This document shows positions 49,155 through 61,572 of a stretch of 64,000 bases of DNA, one piece after another; the first letter of the stretch is position 1, and the number at the start of each line of letters is the position of its first letter. This DNA comes from Escherichia coli. Lineage in GTDB: Bacteria > Pseudomonadota > Gammaproteobacteria > Enterobacterales > Enterobacteriaceae. Location of the stretch: NCBI RefSeq assembly GCF_003334765.1, contig NZ_QOWT01000017.1; one strand, 5' to 3'. A program made the position numbers and the translations under genes. The notes under the pieces were generated by a model. The model was not told the origin of the DNA. It worked only from the letters and a program-made list of their open reading frames with translations, and ran no database searches.

Positions 49155-50810
49155 ATGGAATTTTCGTTTTCACCCAAACGTCTTGTTGTTGCTGTCGCCG
49201 CCGCTCTTCCTCTCATGGCCAGCGCAGCAGATACCCCGTCAACTGCCACCGCACGCAAAGGCTTTGCCGGATACGATCACCCAAACCAGTATCTGGTTAA
49301 ACCGGCGACCACTATTGCCGACAATATGATGCCAGTAATGCAGCATCCGGCGCAGGATAAAGAAACCCAGCAGAAGCTGGCAGAACTTGAGAAAAAAACC
49401 GGTAAGAAACCGAATGTGGTTGTTTTCTTGCTGGACGATGTGGGCTGGATGGACGTCGGTTTTAACGGTGGCGGCGTGGCGGTGGGTAACCCTACACCAG
49501 ATATCGACGCCGTTGCCAGCCAGGGGCTGATTTTAACTTCGGCGTATTCTCAACCAAGCTCTTCCCCAACCCGCGCCACCATTCTCACCGGACAATACTC
49601 CATCCACCACGGCATTCTGATGCCGCCAATGTACGGGCAACCGGGCGGGCTGCAAGGGTTAACCACGCTGCCGCAGTTGCTGCACGATCAGGGCTACGTC
49701 ACTCAGGCCATCGGAAAATGGCATATGGGGGAAAACAAAGAGTCGCAGCCGCAGAACGTTGGCTTTGATGATTTCCGTGGCTTTAACTCGGTGTCTGATA
49801 TGTACACCGAATGGCGCGACGTTCACGTCAATCCGGAAGTGGCCCTGAGTCCGGACCGTTCTGAATACATCAAGCAATTACCGTTCAGCAAAGATGACGT
49901 TCATGCGGTGCGCGGCGGCGAACAACAGGCCATTGCCGACATTACGCCGAAATATATGGAAGATCTGGATCAACGCTGGATGGACTATGGCGTTAAGTTC
50001 CTCGACAAGATGGCGAAGAGCGATAAACCATTCTTCCTCTACTACGGCACTCGTGGCTGCCACTTCGATAACTACCCAAATGCGAAATATGCGGGTAGCT
50101 CTCCGGCACGCACCTCGTATGGCGACTGCATGGTGGAGATGAACGATGTGTTCGCTAATCTGTATAAAACACTGGAGAAAAACGGTCAGCTTGATAACAC
50201 GCTGATCGTCTTTACCTCCGATAACGGACCGGAAGCCGAAGTACCGCCGCACGGACGCACCCCGTTCCGTGGTGCGAAAGGTTCGACCTGGGAAGGCGGC
50301 GTTCGCGTACCGACTTTCGTTTACTGGAAAGGGATGATCCAACCGCGTAAATCTGACGGTATTGTCGATCTGGCAGATCTCTTCCCTACCGCGCTGGATC
50401 TGGCAGGGCATCCTGGAGCGAAAGTGGCGAATTTAGTGCCGAAAACCACCTTTATCGATGGTGTGGACCAGACATCCTTCTTCCTGGGAACAAATGGTCA
50501 GTCTAACCGTAAGGCCGAGCACTACTTCCTCAACGGTAAACTCGCTGCTGTGCGTATGGATGAGTTCAAGTATCACGTCCTGATTCAGCAACCTTACGCT
50601 TATACCCAGAGCGGATATCAGGGTGGATTCACCGGCACAGTAATGCAAACGGCGGGATCGTCGGTGTTTAACCTCTACACCGATCCGCAGGAAAGCGACT
50701 CCATCGGCGTGCGCCATATTCCGATGGGTGTACCGCTACAGACCGAAATGCACGCGTATATGGAGATCCTGAAAAAATATCCACCACGCGCGCAGATTAA
50801 ATCTGACTAA
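49155..50810 (+). CDS. aslA: Arylsulfatase-like protein AslA
   Basis: 551-aa ORF with signal peptide and sulfatase signature [12 protein letters not shown]. Confidence 0.92.
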
Positions 50811-50837
50811 GCCGGCGCTATCGCTGAGATCTGCCTT

Positions 50838-50945
<108 letters not shown>

Positions 50946-50968
50946 CAACCGCAGGCGGCCGCCGATTT

Positions 50969-52204
50969 CTACTTACTCACCACCAGCAAATGCGCATGCA
51001 TAATGTCGCTGGCCGGGCGACCGTGCGCCAGCAAATCAGCCATTGCTTTAAGATATGGCGGTAGATGGCGGAAATAACGCTGATACCCGGCACACAAATA
51101 ATTCAGTCCCGGTTTGCCGCTGGCATCGAGCATGAAGCGGTGTTTCGGGCAGCCTCCCCAGCACGCTTTTAACACGTTACAACTGCGACACTGCGCCGGT
51201 AACTGCTTAAATTTATCTTCACCAAACGCCTGCTGTTGCGGGGAATCGATCATTTCTGCAATTGTTTGCTGGTGCATATTCCCCAGCCGATATTGCGGAT
51301 AAACATAGTGATCACAGGCGTAAACGTCGCCGTTGTGCTCAACAATCACCGAGCGCCCACAGGTTGGCTGATGATGGCAAACCGCACCCGGCGCACCGAC
51401 AAAATTGGCAAACGCCCATTCGATATTCATCACGAAAATCTTGCCGACGTCGCGTTTGATCCAGTGGTCGAATATCGCCACCAGAAACTCACCGAACTCC
51501 TCGGGGCGCACCGACCATTCCGTTAGCTCACCCTGAATATCACCAGGCGCATGTAACTTAAGTCCATCGCGGGCAGTTGTTTCATCAGCCAGGCGCTCGA
51601 CCACCGGAATAAACTGGATGAATTCGACTCCCGCATCGCACAAAAAATCATATACCTGCAACGGTTGCTGCGCGCTGGTGCGATTAACGCAGACCAGCAC
51701 GTTATAGTCGACATGATGTTTTTGCAGGAGCGTCAGGGCACGCATCACCAGCTTATGCGTGGGTCTGCCACCTTTAGTCACGCGATATTGATTGTGGATC
51801 TCAGGCGGGCCATCCAGCGATAAACCAACAAGAAAATGATGCTCCGCGAGAAACGCGCACCATTCGTCATCCAGCAGCACGCCGTTAGTCTGGAAGCTGT
51901 TACTTATCTTCCTGCCAGCACCATATTTCGCCTGTAGCGCTACGGCACGGCGGTAAAACGCCAGCCCGAGTAGCGTTGGTTCGCCGCCCTGCCAGGTAAA
52001 AGCCACTTCGTTTTGCGGTTCGCTGGCAGCGATATAGTGACGGACATACGCTTCCAGCGTGTCATCGTCCATATGCGTGACTGGCTTTTCGCGGTAAAGG
52101 GATTGTTTTTCGAGATAAAAACAGTAGTCACAGTTCAGATTACAATCGGAACCGCTCGGTTTCGCCATCACATGAAAAGCACGCGTTGGAACCTGTTGCA
52201 GCAT
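50969..52204 (-). CDS. aslB: Radical SAM anaerobic sulfatase-maturating enzyme homologue
   Basis: 411 aa from MLQQVPTRAFHVMAKPSG; CX3CX2C motif (CNLNCDYC) and C-terminal Cys-rich SPASM-like region; track ORF extended 10 codons. Confidence 0.9.
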   Translation of the reverse strand: MLQQVPTRAFHVMAKPSGSDCNLNCDYCFYLEKQSLYREKPVTHMDDDTLEAYVRHYIAASEPQNEVAFTWQGGEPTLLGLAFYRRAVALQAKYGAGRKISNSFQTNGVLLDDEWCAFLAEHHFLVGLSLDGPPEIHNQYRVTKGGRPTHKLVMRALTLLQKHHVDYNVLVCVNRTSAQQPLQVYDFLCDAGVEFIQFIPVVERLADETTARDGLKLHAPGDIQGELTEWSVRPEEFGEFLVAIFDHWIKRDVGKIFVMNIEWAFANFVGAPGAVCHHQPTCGRSVIVEHNGDVYACDHYVYPQYRLGNMHQQTIAEMIDSPQQQAFGEDKFKQLPAQCRSCNVLKACWGGCPKHRFMLDASGKPGLNYLCAGYQRYFRHLPPYLKAMADLLAHGRPASDIMHAHLLVVSK

Positions 52205-52314
52205 GGTCGCTCCTTGCCTGAAGTCATCCTTCAATACGTTAAGGGCGAAATCATACCGTGGGGCAATGAGTTATTACGGGCGTTTATTGCGAAGGGAGGG
52301 TGACGAAATGCACA

Positions 52315-52344
52315 GAAAACAAAAAACCCCGCCGAAGCGGGGTT
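52315..52344 (-). terminator. Rho-independent terminator of the argX-hisR-leuT-proM tRNA operon
   Basis: CCCCGC-CGAA-GCGGGG hairpin followed by a T-run on the minus strand, directly after tRNA-Pro. Confidence 0.8.
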
Positions 52345-52350
52345 CAAAAT

Positions 52351-52427
52351 TGGTCGGCGAGAGAGGATTCGAACCTCCGACCCACTGGTCCCAAACCAGT
52401 TGCGCTACCAAGCTGCGCTACTCGCCG
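52351..52427 (-). tRNA. proM: tRNA-Pro (CGG)
   Basis: 77-nt match to tRNA-Pro; reverse complement reads CGGCGAGTAGCGCAGCTTGGTAGCGCAACTGGTTTGGGACCAGTGGGTCGGAGGTTCGAATCCTCTCTCGCCGACCA. Confidence 0.93.
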
Positions 52428-52469
52428 AAATACTGCTTTTTGAATTTTTAGTTCAATTCTTTAAAGTCG

Positions 52470-52556
52470 TGGTGCGAGGGGGGGGACTTGAACCCCCACG
52501 TCCGTAAGGACACTAACACCTGAAGCTAGCGCGTCTACCAATTCCGCCACCTTCGC
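52470..52556 (-). tRNA. leuT: tRNA-Leu (CAG), long variable arm
   Basis: 87-nt tRNA; reverse complement begins GCGAAGGTGGCGGAATTGGTAGACGCGCTAGCTTCAGGTG and ends ...GGGGGTTCAAGTCCCCCCCCTCGCACCA. Confidence 0.93.
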
Positions 52557-52576
52557 ATTGTCACAACTTCTAATAA

Positions 52577-52653
52577 TGGGGTGGCTAATGGGATTCGAAC
52601 CCACGACAACTGGAATCACAATCCAGGGCTCTACCAACTGAGCTATAGCCACC
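52577..52653 (-). tRNA. hisR: tRNA-His (GUG) with extra 5' G(-1)
   Basis: Reverse complement reads GGTGGCTATAGCTCAGTTGGTAGAGCCCTGGATTGTGATTCCAGTTGTCGTGGGTTCGAATCCCATTAGCCACCCCA. Confidence 0.93.
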
Positions 52654-52710
52654 ACTACAAATCTTGTTACGCGGTATTACTACCACCGCAGCTCAAGCGC
52701 CGGGACTAAA

Positions 52711-52787
<77 letters not shown>

Positions 52788-52808
52788 TTAGCGCCGTTTC
52801 GGGGGTGG

Positions 52809-52837
52809 ATAATACGGACTTCCCACCCCTCTGTCTA
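52809..52837 (-). promoter_or_regulatory. Promoter of the tRNA operon: -35 TAGACA, 17-bp spacer, -10 TATTAT, GC-rich discriminator
   Basis: Minus strand reads TAGACA-N17-TATTAT-CCACCCCCG immediately upstream of tRNA-Arg, preceded by an AT-rich tract. Confidence 0.7.
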
Positions 52838-52889
52838 GTCCCTTTTTAAATAAATTGCGCGTTTGGTTACGGTTTGTGCGTTTTGCTGC

Positions 52890-54275
52890 TTATTCCTCCA
52901 GTTTATGCGCTTTCCCGTGGCGATTAAGGCCAAAAACTTTATAAATCGCCGTCACCGCCAGCATAAAGATGATGCCAACAAACAGCGACATACGCGTATC
53001 TTCATTAAAGTACATGCCGATCAAAACGCAAATCAGGAATGCCATTGTTACGTAATTGGCCCACGGGAACAGGATTGAGCGGAACGGATGGCTGGCAATC
53101 GCCGCTTTATGTGCACGCCGAAAACGCAGCTGGCTTATCAATATCACAAACCATGGCACCATCCCCGGAAGCACGCTGGCACTGTAGACGTAGACAAACA
53201 CACGCTGCGGATTGGGAATGATGTAGTTCAGGCATGAGCCAATTAGCAGAATAGCAATAGATACTGCCACACCCGCAACCGGTACGCCGTGACGGGAAAC
53301 TTTCGCCATTGCCGCCGGTAACTGACGGTTTTTCGCCAGTGCGTAGAGCATACGTCCGCAACTGTACATGCCGCTGTTACAGCCAGAGAGCGCAGCCGTC
53401 AGCACCACAAAGTTGATAATGCCCGCCGCTGCGGTAATACCGATTTTGGCAAAAGTCAGTACGAACGGGCTGCCGTTGCTGCCTATTTCATTCCACGGGA
53501 AGATGGTGACGATAACGAAAATCGCGCCTACGTAGAAAATCAGGATCCGCCACAGCACCTTGCCTACGGCACTGCGCAGCGTCACCTGCGGATTCTTCGC
53601 TTCACCGGCAGTAATGCCAATCAGCTCCACGCCCTGGTAGGACGCCACCACAATACACAGAGCGGTCAGGAACCCTTTCCAGCCACCCGCAAAGAAACCG
53701 CCATGCTCTGTGAGATTGCTAAAACCAATCGACTGCCCGCCATTGCCAAAGCCAAAGAAAATCACGCCCAGGCCAATGACAATCATCACGATAATCGTGG
53801 TGACTTTGATCATCGCGAACCAGAACTCGATTTCGCCGTACAACCGCACCGCCGCCAGATTCGCCAACGCCACCAGCGCCACTGCGATCAATGCGGGTAT
53901 CCACTGCGCCATCTCCGGGAACCAGAACTGGACATAAACGCCAATGGCGGTGATTTCAGAGATCCCCACCGCCATCCACATAAACCAGTAAGACCAGGCG
54001 GTGAGATAGCCAAAGAACGGGCTCATATAACGATGCGCATAAACGGCGAACGAACCGGTAACCGGTTCGAGGAACAACATTTCGCCCATTGAACGCATGA
54101 TGAAAAAGACGAACAGCCCGGCGATGATATAGGCCAACAATACGGATGGCCCGGCCCATTTCAGGGTACTGGCGGCCCCCATAAACAGGCCGACGCCAAT
54201 GGTGCCCCCCAGGGCGATGAGTTCGATATGTCGAGCTTCCAGCCCACGCTGTAGCTCTGGTTTGTTATCTGCCAT
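52890..54275 (-). CDS. yifK: APC-family amino acid permease YifK
   Basis: 461-aa 12-TM ORF. Confidence 0.9.
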
Positions 54276-54465
54276 AAATCCTCGTGTTGTGTTTGCATGC
54301 TTTCCGGTGTTACCGGTTATCGTTATGGGTACATCGAGTGTTGCAAATGTTTTCGTAATTCAGGAGAAATGGCAAATAAAGCATTAAAAATTTGAATGCT
54401 TTGTGTAATAAAAAAGCAGACAGGCGACGGAGTGACCACTCCGTCGCTTTACAAAGAGAGGAAAA

Positions 54466-55206
54466 TCATAGGTTGCCGGTGTAGTGCCAGCGTAAATAAC
54501 GCAGCAAACGAAGCTGACGCTTAATGCGGCTCGGCTGCGAAAGCAGGCGGTAGAGCCACTCCAGCCCCAGCGTTTGCCAGATTTTCGGTGCGCGTTTTAC
54601 GTGACCGGTGAAAACATCGTAAGTCCCGCCAACGCCCATATACAGCGCATCTGGATGTACCAGACGGCAGTCGCGCATGATGATCTCCTGCTTTGGCGAT
54701 CCCATCGCAACGGTGACGATTTGCGCACCGCTGGCATGAATGCGTTCAAACAGCGCCTGACGCTGCTCGGGTTTAAAATAACCATCCTGACTGCCAACGA
54801 TATTCACATTCCACTGGTTGCGCAGTTTAGCTTCAGTTTGCGCCAGCACTTCAGGTTTACCGCCCACAAGAAATACCGGCGTCCCTTCTTTGCCTGCGCG
54901 CGCCATCAGCTCTTCCCAGAGATCGGCACCGGCAACGCGGGAAACCTGCGCCTGCGGGTACTTTTTACGTACTGAACGTACAACGCTGATGCCATCCGCA
55001 TATTTAAATTCGGCAGCGTTAATTAACTCCCTGACCTCGGCGTTATCTTCAATAGTCAGCATTTTTTCAGCATTAATGGCAACCAGCGTTCCCTGCTTAA
55101 GCTGCCCGTCAGCAAACAGATAATCGAGGGCGTGCTGCATATCACGCCAACCAATCAACTGTAAGCCACGCAGCGTATAGGTTGGTGCCGTGGTGTTGTT
55201 ATTCAT
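54466..55206 (-). CDS. wecG: UDP-N-acetyl-D-mannosaminuronic acid transferase (ECA synthesis)
   Basis: 246-aa ORF at the distal end of the wec cluster. Confidence 0.9.
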   Translation of the reverse strand: MNNNTTAPTYTLRGLQLIGWRDMQHALDYLFADGQLKQGTLVAINAEKMLTIEDNAEVRELINAAEFKYADGISVVRSVRKKYPQAQVSRVAGADLWEELMARAGKEGTPVFLVGGKPEVLAQTEAKLRNQWNVNIVGSQDGYFKPEQRQALFERIHASGAQIVTVAMGSPKQEIIMRDCRLVHPDALYMGVGGTYDVFTGHVKRAPKIWQTLGLEWLYRLLSQPSRIKRQLRLLRYLRWHYTGNL

Positions 55207-55208
55207 TG

Positions 55209-56561
55209 TTATCCTTCAACCTGCGTCCGGAGCGATGATTTTGTACGTTTATGAATGAGTCCGGCGCTTTCAAAAAGCCAGTACAACAGTTTTGCGATCA
55301 TCAGACATGCGCCGAAGACCACGATAAAAAAGACCACGCGTGAGACAAACGAATCCAGCCCTTCACGCGCCAGCACGATCATATTGAAGATCGCCCCAAA
55401 GCAGAAACTGTGCAATATCGCAGCTTTATAGCGATTAGGCTCGCGGTTGCCCAGCTCATACAGCCAGTCGAACCATTTGATGATCAGACCAACCACGATC
55501 GCCCCGAGCGGGATGAACAACGCGCCGCCCATCACCACCAGTGAGCCTATAAGCGTAGGCGAGATCGCCAGTCCGGAGTGGTTATTCAGCACTTCCCAGG
55601 TAAAGTAGTTGGCTGAGTTCAGCACCATACTCGGGCGACCCGGCCACAGCCAGGAAGGGATAAAGACATAGAAATCGCGGACAATTGGAGCCAGGCCCTG
55701 GAAGTCGATGTTGTCGTAGTTCTGCAACAGCAACGCCAGATTCTCCCACGGCGAGAAGGTGTCGCGAGTGAGATAGAGAAACGTATAGAACGCTTCATCG
55801 CCGCTCACATTCATTCCATAGCGTTTTAGTGCCAGCCAGAACATGCCAACAATCCCCAGCACGCCCGCCGCCGCCAGCATCCACAACGAAATCCAGCCGC
55901 GAATAATGCCAATAAACAGGAAGATAGCGAATGCGATGATGATATTGGCGCGAGTGCCGCCGACAATCATATAAGTCAGCAAGCCAAAGGCGACCGTGCT
56001 GACGAGGAAAAACAGCCACGCTTTGCTGTCCTGGCGCAGAAAGTAGACCACCAGCATCGCCGGGATGAAAAAGTAAAAGAAGCGTTTTAACGCCACGCCG
56101 GAGACTTCACTGGAAAAGATCTGACTGTAGGAGTTAAGCCGGAACAGCAAAAAGCCGTTGTGCATGAAGAAGATGCCGACGCTTACCAGCGCGATACCCA
56201 TCAGGATCACCCACGTAAGATTGGTCTCCACGCGGTTCATGGTAAACAGCGGACGGCGCGGTACATCAGCAACGCGTTTGCGTAGGCGGGTTTTGTAGGT
56301 GACATAGTAAACCGCGTAGAAGCAGCCCGCAGAAAGCAACGCCTGCAACAAGATTTCTGGCGGCGCGACACCAACATCAAAGCGAAATACCAGCACGCTG
56401 GTCAGCGGGAAGCCGAAGAAAAAGGTGAGCAAAAACAGCAATGAAAAGAAGACATTGAAGTTAAAGCGCACACGGCGAAACTCAAACCAGGTCAGCGTGG
56501 CAATAAACAGCGTGCAGAGCAGCCAGACAACAAACAGGCCACTGAATTGCAGCAGACTCAT
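55209..56561 (-). CDS. wzyE: ECA polymerase WzyE
   Basis: 450-aa polytopic membrane ORF. Confidence 0.9.
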   Translation of the reverse strand: MSLLQFSGLFVVWLLCTLFIATLTWFEFRRVRFNFNVFFSLLFLLTFFFGFPLTSVLVFRFDVGVAPPEILLQALLSAGCFYAVYYVTYKTRLRKRVADVPRRPLFTMNRVETNLTWVILMGIALVSVGIFFMHNGFLLFRLNSYSQIFSSEVSGVALKRFFYFFIPAMLVVYFLRQDSKAWLFFLVSTVAFGLLTYMIVGGTRANIIIAFAIFLFIGIIRGWISLWMLAAAGVLGIVGMFWLALKRYGMNVSGDEAFYTFLYLTRDTFSPWENLALLLQNYDNIDFQGLAPIVRDFYVFIPSWLWPGRPSMVLNSANYFTWEVLNNHSGLAISPTLIGSLVVMGGALFIPLGAIVVGLIIKWFDWLYELGNREPNRYKAAILHSFCFGAIFNMIVLAREGLDSFVSRVVFFIVVFGACLMIAKLLYWLFESAGLIHKRTKSSLRTQVEG

Positions 56562-57637
56562 GCGACCTCCCCGGCGGCAATCGCCAACGCCCGCTGCCAG
56601 CCTTGTAGATAGTTAGGGCTAAAGAAGGCAATGGTGTTTTTATCCACCGACGCCAACTGGCGCTGCGCTTCACGCACAATATCCTCGTTGAGATCGTCGG
56701 TAGTAAACAGCACCGGCAAATGTTGTTCCGTCATATCCTGCCAGAACGGATTTTCCCGGTTAAGCACACAAGGAATGCCCGCCTGAATCAGTAAGCACAG
56801 CGTACCAATGCCCTGCTGGCGGGCAAAAATAAAGTAACCAAGATCGCACTGACGAAGTAGCGCCAGATAGGCGTCAAATTCCAGTTTTTCGCTCAGAATT
56901 TGTAGATTTTCTTCGCTGAATAACTCCAGCCCCGCCTGACGAACTTCCTCAATGTACGCTTCGTTATTAGGCGGATATCCCATCGGCACCACCACTTTTA
57001 CCGTATCGCCAAATTGCTGATGAACGGCGCGCAAGGCAGCAATATGCTCATTGCTGCGGTCGCCGGAGTTCCCCACCAGAATGGTCATTTTCCCTTCACG
57101 TTGCCGATCGTTCGCCATCGTATTGAGCGAAGGGTCCATCCGCGTCGGGAAGAACAGCAGTTCGCCCCGCACCTTTGGGTGCGTTTTGGCAAAAAAGCTC
57201 AAATCGCCGCGGGTGGCAAATACACAGCCGACTCGCTTTTGCGCCAGGCGACGTAGTGGGTAAAAAAGCTTATATCTCAAGCCACTGGAAAGCTCATACA
57301 GGTCTGCCCCCCAGATATGCCAGAAAAACTGGCTGGGCTTAATGCCACCACTCAGCAGAGCCAGCCACAGTGTGGGATTGAACTGACCGTGGAAGAAAAA
57401 ACGCTGCTGACGGTTAGCTTTTGCTTTCGCGATGACCGCTTCCGCCAGCGATTTTTTCCCAGGGAAAAATTGCACAGAAAGCGCCGGACAGCTATCACTT
57501 AAGCCGTCGTCCTTGCCAACAACCATAAACTCGCGCGCGTGCTCGCTCGTCGCGGCCAGCGCGTCATTGAAAAACCGCAAAACGGTTCGGTTATGGTGAG
57601 GGATATCCGATCCCAGTACGTGAATCAGTACAGTCAT
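56558..57637 (-). CDS. wecF: TDP-N-acetylfucosamine:lipid II N-acetylfucosaminyltransferase
   Basis: 359-aa ORF, 4-nt overlaps with both neighbours. Confidence 0.9.
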   Translation of the reverse strand: MTVLIHVLGSDIPHHNRTVLRFFNDALAATSEHAREFMVVGKDDGLSDSCPALSVQFFPGKKSLAEAVIAKAKANRQQRFFFHGQFNPTLWLALLSGGIKPSQFFWHIWGADLYELSSGLRYKLFYPLRRLAQKRVGCVFATRGDLSFFAKTHPKVRGELLFFPTRMDPSLNTMANDRQREGKMTILVGNSGDRSNEHIAALRAVHQQFGDTVKVVVPMGYPPNNEAYIEEVRQAGLELFSEENLQILSEKLEFDAYLALLRQCDLGYFIFARQQGIGTLCLLIQAGIPCVLNRENPFWQDMTEQHLPVLFTTDDLNEDIVREAQRQLASVDKNTIAFFSPNYLQGWQRALAIAAGEVA

Positions 57638-58884
57638 GCCCGCCTACGCCAGAGTAAAAACACGCCACAACAAAGAGAAAAATAGACGATATAAGTTGCC
57701 ATATATGCCTGCGCCGCGCCCAGTGCACCATGCGCAGGGATTAGCCAGTGGGCAAATACCATCAATAAAGTGAACTGGCTGACTTCCGCCAGAATATAAA
57801 ACCGCAGTGACGCTTTGGCGATCACCAGATAACCAAAGACATAAGCGCCCACTTTTAACACATCACCCACTAACTGCCAGGCAAAGAGATCGCGCATAGC
57901 GGTAAATTTATTCGACAACAGCAGCCAGATAGCAAAATCACGCAGCAGCCAGACGGTAAAACTCGCCGCCGCCACTGCCGGTAAGACGAATTTCAGCGAT
58001 TTAACCACTTCCCGGGTGATATCGCGCTTTTCCGTTAGCCGCGACAACGTGGGCAGCAAATATACGCTGAACGATGCCGTAATAAATTGCAGGTAGGCAT
58101 CGGAAATACTGCTCACCCCTTGCCAGATCCCCACCTCATCCCAGCTATACTGCGCCGCCAGCAGTTTACGCATCATGATGTAAGCAACAGGCAAGGTCAC
58201 CGACGTAATCAACGCCATGAGCGTAAATTTGCTCAACTGCCCTGCCAGACCGTTATCCCAGCTGGGTTTCAGATAGCTTAACGGGATGACACCACGTTTG
58301 ATCAACATGATGGCGGCAGGAATTACCACCAGCGCGGGAATCAGCGCCAGACCCAGCAACGCCCCTTCATAACCGCCCAAACGGTAACTGACGTAGTACG
58401 CGAGAACGCCAATCAAGCTGCCGACAATCAGCGATAACGCATTACCTGCGGCATCGCGAAAGCCTTTCATCAGCGCCAGTAACAGGTTGCCCCAGGCGAT
58501 CCCCATTTGCACCAGCGCCACTAAACGCACCAGCCCCTGATAGTCGGTATTACCAAACAATCCCTGGCTGATTGGCGCAGCTGCCAGCACAAAAACCAGC
58601 GCCATCAGCGTAGAGAAACCAAGTACCATCGCTGATGAAGTGCCGACCACGCGGCGCAGCTGTTGCGGATTATCATGGTACTGGGCAACGTATTTGGTTA
58701 CACCGTTAAAGATGCCAGCCCCGGCAAGCACGCCGAGCACGGTAATCAACTGGCGGAAATTTGCCGCCAGCCCAAGCCCCGCCGGACCAAATGACACCGC
58801 CAGCAACTTACCGACCAGTAACCCGGCACCAATCTTGACCAGTGTACTGGCCGCCGTCCACAAGGACGCTTTTGCCAACGACAT
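57634..58884 (-). CDS. wzxE: ECA lipid III flippase WzxE
   Basis: 416-aa polytopic (MOP-type) membrane ORF. Confidence 0.9.
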   Translation of the reverse strand: MSLAKASLWTAASTLVKIGAGLLVGKLLAVSFGPAGLGLAANFRQLITVLGVLAGAGIFNGVTKYVAQYHDNPQQLRRVVGTSSAMVLGFSTLMALVFVLAAAPISQGLFGNTDYQGLVRLVALVQMGIAWGNLLLALMKGFRDAAGNALSLIVGSLIGVLAYYVSYRLGGYEGALLGLALIPALVVIPAAIMLIKRGVIPLSYLKPSWDNGLAGQLSKFTLMALITSVTLPVAYIMMRKLLAAQYSWDEVGIWQGVSSISDAYLQFITASFSVYLLPTLSRLTEKRDITREVVKSLKFVLPAVAAASFTVWLLRDFAIWLLLSNKFTAMRDLFAWQLVGDVLKVGAYVFGYLVIAKASLRFYILAEVSQFTLLMVFAHWLIPAHGALGAAQAYMATYIVYFSLCCGVFLLWRRRA

Positions 58885-58885
58885 A

Positions 58886-60016
58886 TCAGGAAAAGTAGTT
58901 CAACAAAGTCGCAATTACCGTACGCTGATTGACGGGCGACAGGTTGTAGAACAGCGGCAGGCGCAGCAGGCGCTCGCTCTCTTTGGTGGTGTAGCGATCT
59001 TCACCGTGGAACTCACCAAAGTGTTCCCCCGCAGGGCAACCGTGCAGCGGAATGTAATGAAACACCGCCATGATTTCCGCTTCTTTCAGAAAGTTAATCA
59101 ACGCGCTCCGGTCATCAATATCCCGCAGTTTAATGTAGAACATATGCGCGTTCTGCACGCAGCCATCGGGAATCGACGGCAGCTCGATACGCCCGGCTTT
59201 CGCCAGAGGCGCTAACGCATCGTAGTAGTTTTGCCACAGCGCCAGACGTTGCTGGTTGATACGATCCGCTGCTTCCAGTTGCGCCCACAGGTATGCAGCT
59301 TGCAGATCGGACATCAAATAGCTGGAGCCAATATCGCGCCAGGTATATTTATCGACCTGACCACGGAAGAACTGGCTGCGGTTAGTGCCCTTTTCACGGA
59401 TGATCTCGGCTCGTTCGATTAACGCTTTATCGTTAATCAGCGTCGCGCCGCCTTCACCGCCCGCCGTGTAGTTTTTGGTTTCATGGAAGCTAAAGCAGCC
59501 AATATGACCAATGGTTCCCAGTGCACGCCCTTTGTAAGTGGACATCACGCCCTGAGCGGCATCTTCTACCACAAACAAATTATGCTTTTTCGCCAACGCC
59601 ATAATGGTGTCCATTTCGCAGGCCACACCCGCGTAATGGACCGGCACGATAACGCGCGTTTTGTCGGTGATCGCCGCTTCAATCAGCGTTTCGTCGATGT
59701 TCATGGTGTCCGGGCGAACATCCACAAAAACGATTTTTGCGCCACGCAGCACAAAGGCATTGGCGGTGGAGACAAAGGTGTAGCTCGGCATGATCACTTC
59801 ATCGCCAGGCTGGATATCGAGCAGCAGCGCCGCCATCTCCAGCGAAGCGGTGCAGGACGGCGTCAGTAACACTTTGGCGCTGCCAAAACGTTGCTCCAGC
59901 CACTGCTGGCAGCGACGGGTAAAACCGCCATCGCCACACAGTTTGCCGCTACCCATTGCCGACTGCATATAGTCGAGTTCGGTTCCCACCACCGGCGGTG
60001 CGTTAAATGGAATCAT
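58886..60016 (-). CDS. wecE: TDP-4-keto-6-deoxy-D-glucose transaminase
   Basis: 376-aa DegT/aminotransferase-like ORF. Confidence 0.92.
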   Translation of the reverse strand: MIPFNAPPVVGTELDYMQSAMGSGKLCGDGGFTRRCQQWLEQRFGSAKVLLTPSCTASLEMAALLLDIQPGDEVIMPSYTFVSTANAFVLRGAKIVFVDVRPDTMNIDETLIEAAITDKTRVIVPVHYAGVACEMDTIMALAKKHNLFVVEDAAQGVMSTYKGRALGTIGHIGCFSFHETKNYTAGGEGGATLINDKALIERAEIIREKGTNRSQFFRGQVDKYTWRDIGSSYLMSDLQAAYLWAQLEAADRINQQRLALWQNYYDALAPLAKAGRIELPSIPDGCVQNAHMFYIKLRDIDDRSALINFLKEAEIMAVFHYIPLHGCPAGEHFGEFHGEDRYTTKESERLLRLPLFYNLSPVNQRTVIATLLNYFS

Positions 60017-60020
60017 GTGA

Positions 60021-60695
60021 TCACCTGTATAACCAGTACGCGGTGCTTTCTACATTCGCACCACTTTGTATGTATCGTTTAAGCGCGGCGGTGTTGCCCA
60101 TTTGGGTCGCCACCCGCAAAGTTGTTTTACCGCGAGCATACGCCCAGTTTAGCGCCGTTTGCATCAGCTCAGCACCTGCACCGCGTCCAGCCAGCAGGCC
60201 AATTCGCGCATCTGTCGCATTGAGTTCCCGTAAAGAGACATAGCCGCGAATATCGCCGGACGCCGCACGTAAAATCAGACATTGATGATCAAAGGTGCCG
60301 CGCACGGCATTTTCAATCCACTGTGCATAAAAGCGACTGCTGGCGTCAGGCGCATACCACGGCGCACGAAAACGGCTTTGCGCAAATGCGGCGCTGGCTA
60401 ACTGACGTAATGCGGGAATATCGGTCTCTTGTGCCACTACAGCACCGCTATCACTGGCATTGTTCACGGGTAGCGCCAAATCAACTTCACCTTCTACCAG
60501 GGAGAATCCCAGCTGTTGCAGGGCATCCAGTTCACCCGTATTTGATGCCGCAATTTTGGCCTGCACCCGTGACCACGGCGCTAACGCGTCTGGCGTCAGG
60601 AGCGGTGCTTCAGACGTAATGCGCACGATGGCGCTGTTAACACCAAAGAAGGCGTTTTCCCAGGTTAGTGGCTCAATACTGGCGCGGACGGGCAC
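60021..60695 (-). CDS. wecD: TDP-fucosamine acetyltransferase
   Basis: 224-aa GNAT-like ORF from a GTG start; 5' end overlaps rffH 3' end by 23 nt. Confidence 0.85.
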
Positions 60696-61554
60696 GAAGT
60701 AACTCCTGCAGATATTGGCCGTAGCCAGTTTTCGCTAATGAACTGGCAGCACGCTTCACACCCTCGTCATCGAGCCAGCCGTTACGCCAGGCAATCTCTT
60801 CCAGGCAGGCAATCTTAAAGCCCTGGCGTTTTTCCACCGTCTGTACAAAGGTGCTGGCTTCAATCAGGCTGTCGTGAGTGCCGGTATCCAGCCAGGCAAA
60901 TCCGCGCCCGAGCAGTTCAACGGTCAGGTTGCCCGCCTCGAGGTACATCTGGTTGATGGAGGTAATCTCCAGTTCACCACGCTCCGACGGCTTCACCTGC
61001 TTTGCGTACTCCACGACTTTACTGTCGTAGAAATAAAGCCCGGTCACCGCCCAGTTTGACTTCGGCTGTTTTGGCTTTTCTTCCAGCGAGATAGCGCGGA
61101 AATTGTCGTCAAACTCCACCACGCCAAAGCGTTCCGGGTCCATCACCTGATAGCCAAAAACCGTCGCCCCTTCGGTGCGCGCCGCAACATGACGCAGCTT
61201 CGGACTGAAGCCCTGACCGAAGAAGATGTTATCGCCCAGCACCAGACAAGAAGGTTCACCATTAAGGAAGGTTTCACCGATGATAAAGGCCTGCGCCAGA
61301 CCGTCCGGGCTGGGCTGTTCGGCATATTCCAGCTGGATACCGAACTCACTACCATCGCCCAGCAGGCGCTGGAAATAACCTTTATCTTCCGGCGTAGTGA
61401 TGATGAGAATTTCGCGGATACCGGCCAGCATCAGCACCGACAGCGGATAGTAAATCATTGGCTTATCGTAAATCGGCAACAGTTGCTTCGATACGCCGCG
61501 CGTAATCGGATGCAATCGGGTGCCGGAACCGCCCGCCAGGATAATACCTTTCAT
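60673..61554 (-). CDS. rffH: Glucose-1-phosphate thymidylyltransferase
   Basis: 293-aa ORF with GGSGTRL nucleotidyltransferase motif. Confidence 0.93.
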
Positions 61555-61572
61555 GTTTGCCTCCGCTGAAAA

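Noticed and set aside
52863-53078. 71-aa plus-strand ORF next to the tRNA operon promoter
   Set aside because: It lies antisense within the 3' part of yifK and has no RBS.
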